Positions 40,120 through 51,220 of a stretch of DNA of 64,000 nucleotides are shown here, piece after piece. The position numbers and the translations under genes are program-made. Positions within the stretch are counted from its first letter, which is position 1. Every line of letters starts with the position of its first letter. Origin of the DNA: a bacterium (GTDB lineage: Bacteria; SAR324; NAC60-12); assembly GCA_965209155.1 (NCBI GenBank), contig OZ242383.1:765236-829235 (forward strand). The letters are read 5' to 3'. The notes beneath the pieces are model-generated. The model did not search any database, was not told where the DNA came from, and worked only from the letters and a program-made list of their open reading frames with translations.

Positions 40120-40656
40120 ATGGCGACGGTTGCTATGAAAAAATATGCCGGATTGCTCTCGATATTGCTGGGGACGGGGCTCTTGTATGGGACCGCTCCG
40201 GGATTTGCCCAGTTTTCCTGGCAGCAATCGAATCCCGTGACCTCACCCCTTGAAATATATGCGGAATTCGACAAATTCCGGGTCAATCCGGGAGCTGCCG
40301 TTACCTTGATCATTCGTGGTTTTTTGCAGCCTGCGTGGCATATTTATTCAATTCAACGGATTTCCGACGAGGCGCCGAATCCCACCACGGTGACCTATCC
40401 CGATTTACAATTCGAAATCATCGGTCCTTTGAAAGAGAGTCCTCCCGAGATGGTGGATGATCGGGCATTGGATTTACGTTTGGCAGTTCACAAAGAGGAA
40501 TTTGTTTTCCAGCAGCAATTCAAGATTTCACCACTCGCCGAAGCGGGATCCTTTGTTTTTGAAGGCACGCTCCATTATCAGTTGTGTGACGACCATATTT
40601 GTACACCCCGCCAACATCGATTGTTCTCGACTCCATTGACTATTGAAAAACAATAG
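40120..40656 (+). CDS. Secreted DsbD-N-terminal-domain-like (thiol:disulfide interchange) protein
   Basis: Signal peptide. PAWHIYS and a C-terminal HYQLCDDHICTP motif typical of the DsbD N-terminal/DsbC-like family. Confidence 0.55.
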   Translation: MATVAMKKYAGLLSILLGTGLLYGTAPGFAQFSWQQSNPVTSPLEIYAEFDKFRVNPGAAVTLIIRGFLQPAWHIYSIQRISDEAPNPTTVTYPDLQFEIIGPLKESPPEMVDDRALDLRLAVHKEEFVFQQQFKISPLAEAGSFVFEGTLHYQLCDDHICTPRQHRLFSTPLTIEKQ

Positions 40657-40701
40657 CTGCACGAGGGGGGGAACCTGTGAATTGTTTCAGAAAAGAAGGA
40701 A

Positions 40702-40914
40702 ATGGAAAGAACAGCCAAATCCCACAAGACAACCCCTCACGATGCGATTCTGCTCAGTCGGGTTATCGTGGAAAAACAGCCCATATGCATCACCTTCCTG
40801 GACGGCGACGTACTGATCGAACAGGTACGTTGGCACACCCCGCAATGCATAGGATTGAAGGATGGAAAAATCGTCAACAAACAGGCCATCAAATTTTGGG
40901 AAGTGATGGCATGA
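40702..40914 (+). CDS. 70-aa Hfq/Sm-like protein (tentative)
   Basis: AAGGAA RBS. QPICITFLDGDVLIEQV ... IVNKQAIKF resembles the Hfq Sm1/Sm2 pattern (PVSIYLVNGIKLQGQI ... VYKHAIS). Ends 17 nt upstream of yejB. Confidence 0.4.
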   Translation: MERTAKSHKTTPHDAILLSRVIVEKQPICITFLDGDVLIEQVRWHTPQCIGLKDGKIVNKQAIKFWEVMA

Positions 40915-40930
40915 TGCGAAGCGTAGCGCC

Positions 40931-41953
40931 ATGACCAGTTATTTTATACGCAGGTTGCTATTGGTGGGACCAACTTTCATTGGAATCACTCTGGTTGTTT
41001 TTACGATCACTCGTTTTGTTCCCGGAGGTCCCATTGAAAGAATCATTGCGCAAGCCCAACAGATGAATGCGGGTGAAGGATCCACCTCGCAATCCACGGA
41101 GAACGAAGCCCCCCTTTCTCCGGAACAGATTGAAATGCTCAAAAAATTTTACGGGTTTGACAAACCGGTCCTGGTCAGTTACGTCGAATGGCTGGGCAAG
41201 GTGGTCACCTTCGACCTGGGAAATTCCATGCGTTACTACGATCCGGTATGGGAGATCATCAAAGAAAAGCTTCCGATCTCTATATACTATGGCGTGGTGA
41301 CCACCATCCTGACTTACCTGGTTTGTATTCCGCTGGGCGTGCTGAAAGCGATCAAACATAAAACAATGGTAGACAGCACTTCATCCGTCTTCATCCTGAC
41401 CGGATACGCATTGCCCGGATTCATCGTGGCGATTATTCTTTTTGTCTGGCCGGCAGCTCAATGGGATTGGTTCCCTCTCGGCGACTTTGTCAGCGAAGAT
41501 TTCGATGATTTGTCCTTTCCGGGAAAAATCTGGGACGTCATCTACCATTCGGTATTGCCTTTAATCGCATATATGCTGGGAGGTTTTGCCACCATGACGT
41601 TTTTAATGAAAAATACTTTGATGGATCACCTTGCTTCCGATTACGTCAGGACGGCCATTGCCAAGGGACTGTCTTTCAAAGGCGCCGTTTTCAAACACGC
41701 CTTTCGTAATAGTCTCATTCCTTTAGCGACTCATTTTGGTAACAATATCACCTTATTCCTGGCAGGATCGTTTTTAATTGAAAGAGTGTTCAATATCGAT
41801 GGTCTGGGTCTGCTGGGCTTTGAATCGCTGGTGGAACGGGATTATCCCATCGTGCTCGGTGTTTTGGTTATTTCCTCGATCCTGGGGCTGTTGGGAAATA
41901 TTTTGTCAGATGTATGCGTGGCTTTGGTGGATCCCCGCGTCAAGTTCGAGTGA
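40931..41953 (+). CDS. yejB: Peptide/microcin-type ABC transporter permease YejB-like
   Basis: IRRLLLVGPTFIGITLVVF...PGGPIERIIA, an insertion with FYGFDKP, and LVERDYPIVLGVL...LVDPRVKFE. Confidence 0.85.
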   Translation: MTSYFIRRLLLVGPTFIGITLVVFTITRFVPGGPIERIIAQAQQMNAGEGSTSQSTENEAPLSPEQIEMLKKFYGFDKPVLVSYVEWLGKVVTFDLGNSMRYYDPVWEIIKEKLPISIYYGVVTTILTYLVCIPLGVLKAIKHKTMVDSTSSVFILTGYALPGFIVAIILFVWPAAQWDWFPLGDFVSEDFDDLSFPGKIWDVIYHSVLPLIAYMLGGFATMTFLMKNTLMDHLASDYVRTAIAKGLSFKGAVFKHAFRNSLIPLATHFGNNITLFLAGSFLIERVFNIDGLGLLGFESLVERDYPIVLGVLVISSILGLLGNILSDVCVALVDPRVKFE

Positions 41954-41961
41954 AATCGTCG

Positions 41962-43005
41962 ATGCGCATCAATCCCTTGACATTGAAGAAGATAAAACGC
42001 TTTCGTTCTATCAAGCGAGGTTATTATTCGTTGATCCTGTTTGGCACCATGTTGCTCCTGGCAATCTTTGCCGAACTGTGGATCAACAACCGGGCCTTGC
42101 TGGTTTATTACGAGGGATCACTTCATTTCCCGGTTTATGGTTCGATAATTCCCGGAAAAGTCTTTGGTTTGGAATACGCATACGAAACCAACTACAAAGA
42201 GTTGCAGAAAAAATTCAATCAGGAAGAAGGGGCAAATTTCGTTATCATGCCACTCGTACCCTACGATGCTTATGAAATCGATTTGCCGGAAACGGCATTT
42301 CCTCCTTTCCCACCTTCCCTGAAATCCAGGCATTATTTGGGGACGGACGCTATTGGCCGGGACCTGGTAGCGCGATTGGTTTATGGATTTCGGGTATGTA
42401 TCGCTTATTCTCTCTCTTTACTTTTCATGACATTTGTCATTGGCATCGCATTGGGTTGTCTGATGGGTTTTTGGGGAGGGAAGTTCGATTTGTTCTTTCA
42501 ACGCCTGATTGAAGTCTGGTCCGCCATACCTTTTCTTTACATCATCATGATAATCGCTTCCATTATAGAGCCCAACCTGTTAATGTTGGTGGTCATTTCC
42601 GTCATCTTTGGATGGATGGGAATGACCTGGTACATGCGTACGGCAACTTACAAGGAAAAAGCGAGGGACTACGTGATGGCCGCTAGAGCGCTGGGGGCTT
42701 CCAATGCCAGGATCATTTTTCATCATATACTTCCCAACGCGATTTCTTTGATTGTGACCTTTGTTCCTTTTTCGGTGGCAGCAGGAATTTCAGGCTTAAC
42801 CGCCCTGGATTATCTGGGTTTTGGATTACCACCGCCCACGCCGAGTTGGGGAGAACTACTCCAGCAAGGCACTACTAATCTACAAGCACTTTGGATTATC
42901 AGTTCTATCGTAACCGCCCTGGTGATCGTTTTGGTGAGCATCACCTTCATCGGCGAAGCGGTGAGAGAAGGATTTGATCCGAAAATGCACACAACTTTCG
43001 AATAA
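41962..43005 (+). CDS. yejE: Peptide/microcin-type ABC transporter permease YejE-like
   Basis: KRFRSIKRGYYSLILF, HYLGTDAIGRDLVARLVYG, LDYLGFGLPPPTPSWGELLQQG. Start taken at the MRINPL ATG just after the yejB stop. Confidence 0.85.
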   Translation: MRINPLTLKKIKRFRSIKRGYYSLILFGTMLLLAIFAELWINNRALLVYYEGSLHFPVYGSIIPGKVFGLEYAYETNYKELQKKFNQEEGANFVIMPLVPYDAYEIDLPETAFPPFPPSLKSRHYLGTDAIGRDLVARLVYGFRVCIAYSLSLLFMTFVIGIALGCLMGFWGGKFDLFFQRLIEVWSAIPFLYIIMIIASIIEPNLLMLVVISVIFGWMGMTWYMRTATYKEKARDYVMAARALGASNARIIFHHILPNAISLIVTFVPFSVAAGISGLTALDYLGFGLPPPTPSWGELLQQGTTNLQALWIISSIVTALVIVLVSITFIGEAVREGFDPKMHTTFE

Positions 43006-43026
43006 AAATTTTATAAGGAGAAAACC

Positions 43027-44823
43027 ATGATGGCAAAATACATATTTAAAATTTTTCTCACAAGTCTCGCCCTGTTCTGCTTTTCAGGGGTCCATGCAGT
43101 TGAAATGCTGCCTGAGGATCTCGATTGGGAAACTAATGACACGGCTACTGTCTTTGCTGACCCCAATGCGAAAAAAGGCGGAACCTATCGGACGTACATG
43201 TTGGCCTTTCCTTTAACGCTTCGCCAGGTGGGACCTGATTCCAACAGTAGTTTTCGCAGTTATCTCGATGGAAATACGATGTCTTTGATGGGTCTGCATC
43301 CCAACACCGAAGAATTGCTTCCGGAATTGGCAACCCATTGGGCTTATGGCGAAGACAAAAAAACCATGTACTTCAAACTGGACCCAAGCGCTCGCTGGTC
43401 GGACGGGCATCCCGTCACAGCAGATGACTATCTCTTTATCCTGGAATTCATGCGCTCTGAACACATTGTGGCCCCTTGGTATAACAATTACTATACCGAG
43501 AAAATAGACAAAGTCGTAAAATACGACGATCACACGATTTCTATCTCGGCCAATAAGGCTGATCCGGATTTATTTCTGGTCGTCAATCTTGCCCCCATTC
43601 CCAAACATTACTATGAATCGCTCACGCCGGACTTCGTGCAAAAGTATAATTGGGAGATTGTTCCCAACACCGGACCTTACCAGATCGACGACGTGAAGAA
43701 AGGAAAAAGCGTGACTTTCAAACGTAAAAAGGACTGGTGGGCCAAAGATTATAAGTACTTCGAGGGGCGCTTCAACGTCGACCGGGTAGTGATTACAGTC
43801 ATTCGAGATCAAACCACTGTTTTTGAATATTTTAAAAAACAACGCCTGGATGATTTCATTCTCACTTTTCCTACTTATTGGCATGAGAAAGCCAAGGACC
43901 TGGAGATCTATGACAAGGGATATATTAAAAAAAGCTGGTTTTATACCGATGCTCGTATTTCACCACGGGGATTCTGGTTGAACCAGGACAAAGAGATATT
44001 CAAGGACCGCAACGTCCGTTATGCTTTTGCGCATGCCATGAATATGGACAAACTGCTCAATGGCTTGCTCCGTGGAGATTACAGTCGCTTACAGAGATTC
44101 AATACGGGATTTGGAGAGTATACCAACCTGAACATACGCGCCCGCACCTTCGATATCGCGAAGGTCGAGGAGTTGATGACCGCTTCGGGATGGGAACGGG
44201 GTGACGACGGGATCTGGAAAAAAGGGGATATGCGCTATTCCGTAAAAGTGACCTATTCCTTCGACGGCCACACCCCCCGCCTGGTGCTTTTGAAGGAAGA
44301 AGCGAAAAAAGCGGGAATTGAAATGAATTTGCAGCGCTTGGATGGTAGTGCCATGTTCAAATTGATCCTGGAAAAAAAGCATGACGTCGGCTGGATGGGT
44401 TGGAGTACCCCGTTCCGTCCCCGCTACTGGCAGGGCTTCCATTCCGACAACGCGCATAAGCCCCAGACCAACAACATCACCAATACCGACAATCCGGAAT
44501 TGGATGAACTGATCATGAATTATCGAGATTCCATCGTACCGGAAGAACGGATCACCTTGGCCCATACCATTCAAGAGAAAATCCACGAGGATGGATCCTT
44601 CGTCCCCACTTACAAAGTAGGATATTTCCGCACGGGCTACTGGCGATGGTGGCAATTCCCGGAGGTGGCATCCACCAAAAATTCAGATGGTCTTTTCGAG
44701 CCATTTGGTACCGGACTATTCTGGCTAGATGCCGACCTCAAGAAAGAAACGGAGGAAGCCATGGAGAGCGGGGAGAGTTTTGAATCAATAACCCTCGTCG
44801 ATAAAACCTTCAAAGTGGATTGA
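43027..44823 (+). CDS. ABC transporter substrate-binding protein, family 5 (YejA-like)
   Basis: Signal peptide. 598-aa solute-binding family 5 architecture. Gene order is permease-permease-SBP-ATPase-ATPase. Confidence 0.8.
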   Translation: MMAKYIFKIFLTSLALFCFSGVHAVEMLPEDLDWETNDTATVFADPNAKKGGTYRTYMLAFPLTLRQVGPDSNSSFRSYLDGNTMSLMGLHPNTEELLPELATHWAYGEDKKTMYFKLDPSARWSDGHPVTADDYLFILEFMRSEHIVAPWYNNYYTEKIDKVVKYDDHTISISANKADPDLFLVVNLAPIPKHYYESLTPDFVQKYNWEIVPNTGPYQIDDVKKGKSVTFKRKKDWWAKDYKYFEGRFNVDRVVITVIRDQTTVFEYFKKQRLDDFILTFPTYWHEKAKDLEIYDKGYIKKSWFYTDARISPRGFWLNQDKEIFKDRNVRYAFAHAMNMDKLLNGLLRGDYSRLQRFNTGFGEYTNLNIRARTFDIAKVEELMTASGWERGDDGIWKKGDMRYSVKVTYSFDGHTPRLVLLKEEAKKAGIEMNLQRLDGSAMFKLILEKKHDVGWMGWSTPFRPRYWQGFHSDNAHKPQTNNITNTDNPELDELIMNYRDSIVPEERITLAHTIQEKIHEDGSFVPTYKVGYFRTGYWRWWQFPEVASTKNSDGLFEPFGTGLFWLDADLKKETEEAMESGESFESITLVDKTFKVD

Positions 44824-44877
44824 AAGGGCAGGACGGAAGTTTGGGGGTTCGGTCTCAACGGTGAATGAGAGACGATT

Positions 44878-45888
44878 TTGGAGAGTGATGCGCTTTTAGA
44901 GGTCAGGAACCTGGTGACTGCATTTGAAACCGAAAGTGGAGTGATCCATGCGGTCGAAAACGTCAGTTTTCAACTGAAAAAAAGCCAGACCCTGGGAATC
45001 GTCGGAGAGTCTGGTTGCGGAAAAAGCGTGACTTCGCTTTCCATTATGAGGCTCCTGCCCAAACCTTTTGGTTACGTAGTCTCCGGAGAGGTCCTTCTGG
45101 AGGGGAAGGATCTGCTCAAACTCCCTGCTGGAGAAATGCGCCACGTGCGGGGAAACCGGATTTCCATGATTTTTCAAGAACCGATGACGGCGCTCAATCC
45201 GGTGCATCGCGTCGGCAAACAAATCGGAGAAGCCTTGATGCTCCATCAACCCGAGATGGAGCAAAAGGATGTACTTTCGCAATCCGTCGAACTCCTCAGG
45301 AAAGTCGGCATTCCTGCTCCCGAACAGCGAATTCAGGAATATCCTCATCAACTCTCCGGGGGCATGCGCCAGCGCGTGATGATTGCCATCGCGCTAGCCT
45401 GTAAACCCGATATCCTCATCGCCGATGAACCAACCACCGCCTTGGACGTCACCATTCAAGCTCAGATCCTGGACCTGATGCTGACGTTGCAACGAGAAAC
45501 GGGCATGGCCATTATCCTCATCACTCACGACCTGGGGGTCATTGCGGAGACTTGTGATGAGGTCGTCGTCATGTATGCAGGCAAAGTCGCTGAGAAAGCC
45601 TCGGTCTTTGATCTCTTCCAATCTCCCAAACATCCATATACCCGGGGATTGCTTGCTTCCATTCCCAGTTTGTCTTCGCTACCCAAAGAGGAACTGCCGA
45701 CGATCGCAGGGACGGTTCCCGAATTGAACGCGTTGCCTTCCGGCTGTCGCTTCCAAAACCGTTGTCTCTACCAAGAAACAAGATGCGTTTCGGTGGCTCC
45801 TCCTTTGGAATCAGTCAATGCCACGCATTGGGTCAGTTGTTACCGGTGGCAAGAGGTCGAGAAGGAGATTTCAGCAGATTCTCATTAA
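44878..45888 (+). CDS. ABC transporter ATP-binding protein (OppD/DppD type)
   Basis: TTG start. Walker A GESGCGKS, signature LSGGMRQR, Walker [13 protein letters not shown], and a C-terminal oligopeptide-type extension. Confidence 0.9.
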   Translation: MESDALLEVRNLVTAFETESGVIHAVENVSFQLKKSQTLGIVGESGCGKSVTSLSIMRLLPKPFGYVVSGEVLLEGKDLLKLPAGEMRHVRGNRISMIFQEPMTALNPVHRVGKQIGEALMLHQPEMEQKDVLSQSVELLRKVGIPAPEQRIQEYPHQLSGGMRQRVMIAIALACKPDILIADEPTTALDVTIQAQILDLMLTLQRETGMAIILITHDLGVIAETCDEVVVMYAGKVAEKASVFDLFQSPKHPYTRGLLASIPSLSSLPKEELPTIAGTVPELNALPSGCRFQNRCLYQETRCVSVAPPLESVNATHWVSCYRWQEVEKEISADSH

Positions 45889-45903
45889 TCCCCCTCACCC
45901 TGA

Positions 45904-45926
45904 CCCTCTCCCTCCAGGGGAGAGGG
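45904..45926. repeat. GC-rich palindromic (REP-like) hairpin between the two ATPase genes
   Basis: CCCTCTCCC-TCCA-GGGGAGAGGG. Confidence 0.6.
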
Positions 45927-45943
45927 AACAACGAATGTGACGT

Positions 45944-46933
45944 ATGTCGGAATTTTTCCTGGAAGTGAAAAAACTGAAAAAATATTTTCCGGTCTACGGG
46001 GGCGTTTTTCTACGTCAAGTTGCCAATGTATATGCCCTGGACGGAGTTTCTTTTAACGTCAGACGAGGGGAAACCATTGGTCTGGTGGGAGAATCCGGAT
46101 GTGGAAAGACGACGCTGGGACGCACCGTTTTGCGATTGTACGATCCGACCGAGGGACAAATTTTTTTTAAGGGAACCGACATCACGACCATCTCTCAAAA
46201 CGCCATGCGTCGCCTACGAAATAAGATGCAAATGATTTTTCAAGATCCTTTTGAATCGCTCAATGCGCGTCATACCATACGGGACATTTTAGAGGAGCCC
46301 TTTATTATCCATCGTATCGGGAACCGTGAGGAACGAGAAAAGAAAATCGATCAATTGCTTGAAATCGTGGAACTGCCCACCAGCTCGAAAGACCGCTATC
46401 CCCATGAATTTTCCGGGGGGCAGCGTCAACGAATCGGGATCGCTCGCGCCATCGCTTTAGACCCCGAGTTGATCGTTTGTGATGAACCGGTTTCCGCCCT
46501 CGATGTTTCCATCCAGTCTCAAATTCTCAATCTTTTAATCACTTTGCAGAAAAATCTGGGATTGACTTATCTTTTTATTGCGCACGACTTGTCGGTGGTG
46601 AAACACATCTCGGATCGCATCATCGTCATGTATTTAGGAAATGTCGTGGAGATGATCGAGGCGCATTCCATCATGGAGAATCCGCTGCATCCTTATACCC
46701 AGGCTTTAGTTTCGGCAATACCAATCGCCAATCCCACCCTACGTAAAAAGAAAGTGATCTTGCAAGGTGACGTTCCCTCCCCGATCCAACCTCCGCGTGG
46801 ATGCCGATTCCACACGCGTTGTCCTCACGTGCAGGATATCTGCAAGACTGAAATACCCATATTGAAGAATTACGCAGGAGAATCACCCCATTGGGCGGCT
46901 TGTCATTTTGCGGGAGAGATTGGCTCGGCTTGA
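45944..46933 (+). CDS. ABC transporter ATP-binding protein (OppF/DppF type)
   Basis: Walker [10 protein letters not shown], signature FSGGQRQR, Walker [13 protein letters not shown]. Confidence 0.9.
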   Translation: MSEFFLEVKKLKKYFPVYGGVFLRQVANVYALDGVSFNVRRGETIGLVGESGCGKTTLGRTVLRLYDPTEGQIFFKGTDITTISQNAMRRLRNKMQMIFQDPFESLNARHTIRDILEEPFIIHRIGNREEREKKIDQLLEIVELPTSSKDRYPHEFSGGQRQRIGIARAIALDPELIVCDEPVSALDVSIQSQILNLLITLQKNLGLTYLFIAHDLSVVKHISDRIIVMYLGNVVEMIEAHSIMENPLHPYTQALVSAIPIANPTLRKKKVILQGDVPSPIQPPRGCRFHTRCPHVQDICKTEIPILKNYAGESPHWAACHFAGEIGSA

Positions 46934-46945
46934 ATGGATCCGGGG

Positions 46946-48607
46946 TCACTCGCGTTGAGGGCCCGGCATGGGTCCGGGTTTGTAATGACGCAGCAAATAA
47001 TGCAATGCGTTGCCCAGCATTTTACGGCTGTACCCGGGAAAAACGAGTCGGGATACCGATCCCAAACGCAACGCCTCTTCCGGATTGAGCAATTCTTTCT
47101 CGTAGCGTTTGGTCAATTCGACCATGGCTGCTTCCTGTTGCGCAGTGGCTTCTGTTTCTTCTTTTCCTTCCAGCAAGGCTTGTTGAAAACGTTTTTGAAT
47201 CTGCCGAATTTCGTCCTTATAAACAAATTGTCTCCCTGCAGGCCCCATTACGGCAATACGGGCCGTTGGTAAAGCAAATACGAAATCCGCGCCGACATGA
47301 TAACTGTTCCAGGAAACATAGGCGCCTCCGAAAGCATTGCGCACGATCAAGGTCAGACGGGGGACGCGCAGGTCGACGATGGCGTCCATCAGTTCCCGAC
47401 CTGCCTGAATGATTCCCATCCGTTCTTGTTGCGAACCGGGAGCATAGCCCACAACGTCTTCCAAAAAAATCAGGGGAATGTTGTAAATATTGCAGAACCT
47501 TATGAATCGGGTAGCCTTCCGTGCCGCATGGACGTCGATGTTGCCTGACTCGAAGGCGCTATTATTGGCCACGAACCCCACCACGTGACCGCCCAATCGA
47601 CCATAGGCCGTGATCATTTGCTGGGCTCTTGACCCCTGGATTTCGAAATAATCGCCATAATCCACCAACTGTTGTAAAAAAAGTCGCATGTCGAATGGAG
47701 TATTGAACCCATTGATCGGATGTGTGAAATATTTCTCCAACAATCTGGCTTCTTCTTCGACATAAGTATTCAATGAAGCCGAAGAGAATTTATAAGGCGC
47801 TAACGACTGGTTGTTGTCCGGTAGGTAGCTCAGCAATCGCAAAGCCGTTCGCAGGGCATCCACCTCATCGGAGACCTCGAGATCCGTAACCCCACTTTGC
47901 GTGTGCACGCGAGGTCCTCCCAGTTCATCGGGAGTGATCTCTTCCCCCATTGCTTCCCTGACCACGCCTGGACCGGTTAAGCCCACGAACGTATCTCCGG
48001 GTTGAATCACGTAAGATCCTTGCCGTGGCAGGTAAGCTCCTCCTCCCGCGTTGTAACCGAACATCAACATGATGGAAGGCACGATGCCACTAATTTTTCG
48101 GATGGCTGCGAAGGCTTCTCCATAACCATCGAGTCCTCCCACGCCATCGGGGACGAAAGCGCCTGCCGAATCGTTCATACCAATGAGGGGAATACCATGT
48201 TCTCCCGCCATTAAAATTTGCCGTGCGAGTTTAGCCCCGTTGGTCGCATTCATCGAGCCGGCCCGCAGGGTGAAGTCATGCCCGTAGACAGCTACGTCAC
48301 GACCATCGATTTGGAGAATTCCGGTCACAATGGAGGCCCCGTCGAGCTCCCTACCCCAATTTTCAAAGGTGATGTGGGGGACTTCCCGGGTCAACACGCG
48401 TAGCTTTTCCCAGACCGTCATCCGGTTTTTCTGATGTTGAGTGCGTACTCGCGCGAGTCCTCCACCCTGACGGGGTTTCTCCCGAAGTTCCTTTCCTCTC
48501 TCGAGCATCTCATGGTAGATGCGGGCTTGCGAATCGATAGCTTCCGAAGAGTGAAGAGGAGATCCGGACGTAAAAGGGTTTGTCAGTTGCACCTTCTTAT
48601 TCATCAC
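46946..48607 (-). CDS. Acyl-CoA carboxylase carboxyltransferase subunit (propionyl-CoA carboxylase beta / 12S type)
   Basis: Two-domain carboxyltransferase: [50 protein letters not shown]. Confidence 0.85.
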   Translation of the reverse strand: MMNKKVQLTNPFTSGSPLHSSEAIDSQARIYHEMLERGKELREKPRQGGGLARVRTQHQKNRMTVWEKLRVLTREVPHITFENWGRELDGASIVTGILQIDGRDVAVYGHDFTLRAGSMNATNGAKLARQILMAGEHGIPLIGMNDSAGAFVPDGVGGLDGYGEAFAAIRKISGIVPSIMLMFGYNAGGGAYLPRQGSYVIQPGDTFVGLTGPGVVREAMGEEITPDELGGPRVHTQSGVTDLEVSDEVDALRTALRLLSYLPDNNQSLAPYKFSSASLNTYVEEEARLLEKYFTHPINGFNTPFDMRLFLQQLVDYGDYFEIQGSRAQQMITAYGRLGGHVVGFVANNSAFESGNIDVHAARKATRFIRFCNIYNIPLIFLEDVVGYAPGSQQERMGIIQAGRELMDAIVDLRVPRLTLIVRNAFGGAYVSWNSYHVGADFVFALPTARIAVMGPAGRQFVYKDEIRQIQKRFQQALLEGKEETEATAQQEAAMVELTKRYEKELLNPEEALRLGSVSRLVFPGYSRKMLGNALHYLLRHYKPGPMPGPQRE

Positions 48608-48736
48608 TGATTTTTAAAAATTGGAGATGTTACCATGCTGATGATTAATTATTGCGGACTTGATTCCTATTCCTACCATGATCCTGACTGATGAAAAAGA
48701 ATTTTGTGAGCGGGAAAAGTCCGTACATCCCTCTAT

Positions 48737-48785
48737 GTCATTCCCGCTAAACTTGTCCCCGCGAAAGCGGGGAGCGGGAATCCAG
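48737..48785. repeat. Solo palindromic hairpin module (same type as those nested in MITE family 1)
   Basis: GTCATTCCCGCTAAACTTGTCCCCGCGAAAGCGGGGAGCGGGAATCCAG. Compare 31150-31218, and 62141-62211 in reverse complement. Confidence 0.75.
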
Positions 48786-48808
48786 ATGCTAAAAGTTATT
48801 TTGGGCTG

Positions 48809-49411
48809 TTAATGCCTGAGAAGTAAAATGAGGAGCCAGATTTCCATTAAGACGATGATTCCCCACAGTGTCCAAAGGCACCACTGCTGACTATTGAATG
48901 AAAGTTGGATAGAAGGAATGAATTCCGTGGGAAATTTGGAGTCGAAAGAAGAAGTTTGGGCACCCGGATCGGATGCGGCGCAGATTGCAATTTGACAGAA
49001 ATCTTCATCAGAGAGAAAATCAACGATTCCATCAAATGGCAGATTGAGAGGAGTATCGAATTCAATACCAATCCAGCAGCCTTCTTTATAGGGAGAAGTC
49101 CACGCAACTTTACCTTCGCGCTCCCAACTCTCTTCCGTAAATTTTACTTCTTCTCCAAATTGGTTTCTTTCCAGAAAAAAAAGAATGTGATAAGGGACCG
49201 TCTCATCGAGAGGTTCTTCTGAATGTAATTGAATTCCCAGGGCAGTCCAGTGGGTTACTTGTCCGGTTGCCATTTCTCCGTCAATTAAAAGTTCCGCCGG
49301 CAGAAGATAGGGAAAGCGTTTTTGCGGGTGGGTCATGGAAAAGGTCAGGTCGATTGGAATCATGCGTGTGATACAGTCAGGAACTCTGTATTCATTAAAA
49401 ATTTTCTGCAA
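48809..49411 (-). CDS. Hypothetical protein with C-terminal TM anchor (weak PilZ-like N-terminus)
   Basis: 200-aa ORF. C-terminal WCLWTLWGIIVLMEIWLLILLL. No canonical RxxxR / DxSxxG motif. Confidence 0.45.
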   Translation of the reverse strand: MQKIFNEYRVPDCITRMIPIDLTFSMTHPQKRFPYLLPAELLIDGEMATGQVTHWTALGIQLHSEEPLDETVPYHILFFLERNQFGEEVKFTEESWEREGKVAWTSPYKEGCWIGIEFDTPLNLPFDGIVDFLSDEDFCQIAICAASDPGAQTSSFDSKFPTEFIPSIQLSFNSQQWCLWTLWGIIVLMEIWLLILLLRH

Positions 49412-49774
49412 TCATGCAAGCGCAAATCCTCTGTTACCTGCCGCTTCTTTAAGCAACTGTTTAAAAAATGGGCAGAAAATGCAACAATTCATTTTCAAAT
49501 AAACATATAAATTCAGTATTTTATAGATTGGTTTAGATTTTGCTGTACAAAAGAATGGTTGGTATGCGGAAGGAGATTTATTGAAAATCGAAAACGATGC
49601 GCTTACCGGTAGGATTTGCTTGCGTTTTTTGCGCTCTTCCTTTATTCTGCTTGATCTAAAGCACGCATTAAAAATTCGGAGAAAATAAATCATCCGTTAC
49701 GTGATCCAACCTCAGTGAGAATTCAACGAATTCACTGATTCCATTCTTTCAAGATTAATTAAAGGGAGACTCAC

Positions 49775-51187
49775 ATGACACCTAAAGAGTTGATTACATT
49801 TGTTAAAGAAAACAACGTAGAGTTCATAGACCTGCGTTTCATCGATCTTCCAGGAGTATGGCAGCATTTTTCGATACCTGCTCACGAATTGACGGAAGAC
49901 ATATTTGAAGAAGGAGCCGGATTTGACGGTTCAAGTATCCGGGGATTTCAAGGAATTCAAGAAAGCGACATGTTGCTCTTTCCAGACGCCGGTGCGCATT
50001 TCATGGATTCTTTCACCAAGGTACCAACCCTGAATTTGATCTGTGATATCGGGGACCCGATCACCAGGGAACGCTATACCAAAGATCCACGATATGTCTC
50101 TCAAAAGGCGGAAAATTATCTCAATTCGACAGGCATTGGAGATACCATCTATTTTGGACCGGAAGCCGAATTTTTTATTTTCGACGACATTCGCTTCAAC
50201 CAAACCTACAATCAGGGATTTTACTATATCGATTCAGAAGAAGGTTTTTGGAATTCAGGAAGGGAAGAAAATCCAAACCTCGGTTATAAACCTCGCTATA
50301 AAGAAGGCTATTTCCCTGTTCCACCAATGGACAGTCAGCAAGACATCCGTTCTGAGATGGTGATGGAAATGGAAAAAGCAGGCATTGACATCGAGATCCA
50401 TCACCATGAAGTCGGTACCGCAGGTCAAGCCGAAATCGATATGCGTTTTGACACGATGACCCGAATGGCGGACAAATTGATCACTTATAAGTACATTGTA
50501 AAAAATGTGGCGAAACGATATGGAAAAACGGCGACCTTTATGCCAAAGCCCATTTTCGAGGACAATGGCTCCGGAATGCATTGCCACCAGAGCATTTGGA
50601 AGGATGGGAAAAACACCTTCTTCGGACAAGGCTATGCCGGATTGAGCGACGAAGCCCGCTGGTACATTGGCGGATTGTTGGAACACGCTCCGGCCTTGTG
50701 CGCGTTTATCACTCCGACCACCAACTCCTATCGACGGTTGGTACCCGGTTACGAAGCGCCTATCTATTTGCTTTATTCTCAAAGGAATCGCAGCGCGGCA
50801 TGTCGGATTCCGATGTATTCCAGCAGTGAAAAAGCGAAACGAGTGGAATTCCGTACCCCGGATCCTTCTTGCAACGGCTACCTGGCTTTTGCAGCCATGT
50901 TGATGGCGGGTCTGGATGGCATTCAAAATAAAATCGAGCCGCCGGAACCCATGGATAAAAACATTTATGATTTGAGCCCGGAAGATGCCGGAGAGATTCG
51001 TGGAGTGCCTGCCAGTTTGGATGAAGCGCTCGACAATTTGGAAAATGGTGGGGATTTCTTATTCAAGGGTGGAGTTTTTACAGAAGATTTGGTCGAAAGT
51101 TGGCTGGAGTACAAGCGGGAAGTGGAAGTCGACGGCATGCGGCTTCGTCCACATCCCTATGAATTCGCATTGTACTACGATATTTAA
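49775..51187 (+). CDS. glnA: Glutamine synthetase type I
   Basis: [26 protein letters not shown], and an adenylylation-loop Tyr context KNIYDLSPE. Confidence 0.95.
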   Translation: MTPKELITFVKENNVEFIDLRFIDLPGVWQHFSIPAHELTEDIFEEGAGFDGSSIRGFQGIQESDMLLFPDAGAHFMDSFTKVPTLNLICDIGDPITRERYTKDPRYVSQKAENYLNSTGIGDTIYFGPEAEFFIFDDIRFNQTYNQGFYYIDSEEGFWNSGREENPNLGYKPRYKEGYFPVPPMDSQQDIRSEMVMEMEKAGIDIEIHHHEVGTAGQAEIDMRFDTMTRMADKLITYKYIVKNVAKRYGKTATFMPKPIFEDNGSGMHCHQSIWKDGKNTFFGQGYAGLSDEARWYIGGLLEHAPALCAFITPTTNSYRRLVPGYEAPIYLLYSQRNRSAACRIPMYSSSEKAKRVEFRTPDPSCNGYLAFAAMLMAGLDGIQNKIEPPEPMDKNIYDLSPEDAGEIRGVPASLDEALDNLENGGDFLFKGGVFTEDLVESWLEYKREVEVDGMRLRPHPYEFALYYDI

Positions 51188-51220
51188 TTTCAAGGGGATC
51201 CGAAAAGGTCCCCGGATTCC

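Noticed and set aside
49412-49774. Sigma54 (-24/-12) promoter, NtcA-type site or glutamine riboswitch upstream of glnA.
   Set aside because: The candidate GG/GC pairs (e.g. TGGGCAGAAAATGCA at ~49468, GGTAGGATTTGCTTGC at ~49607) have the wrong spacing. No GTA-N8-TAC site and no glnA-RNA-like core were seen.
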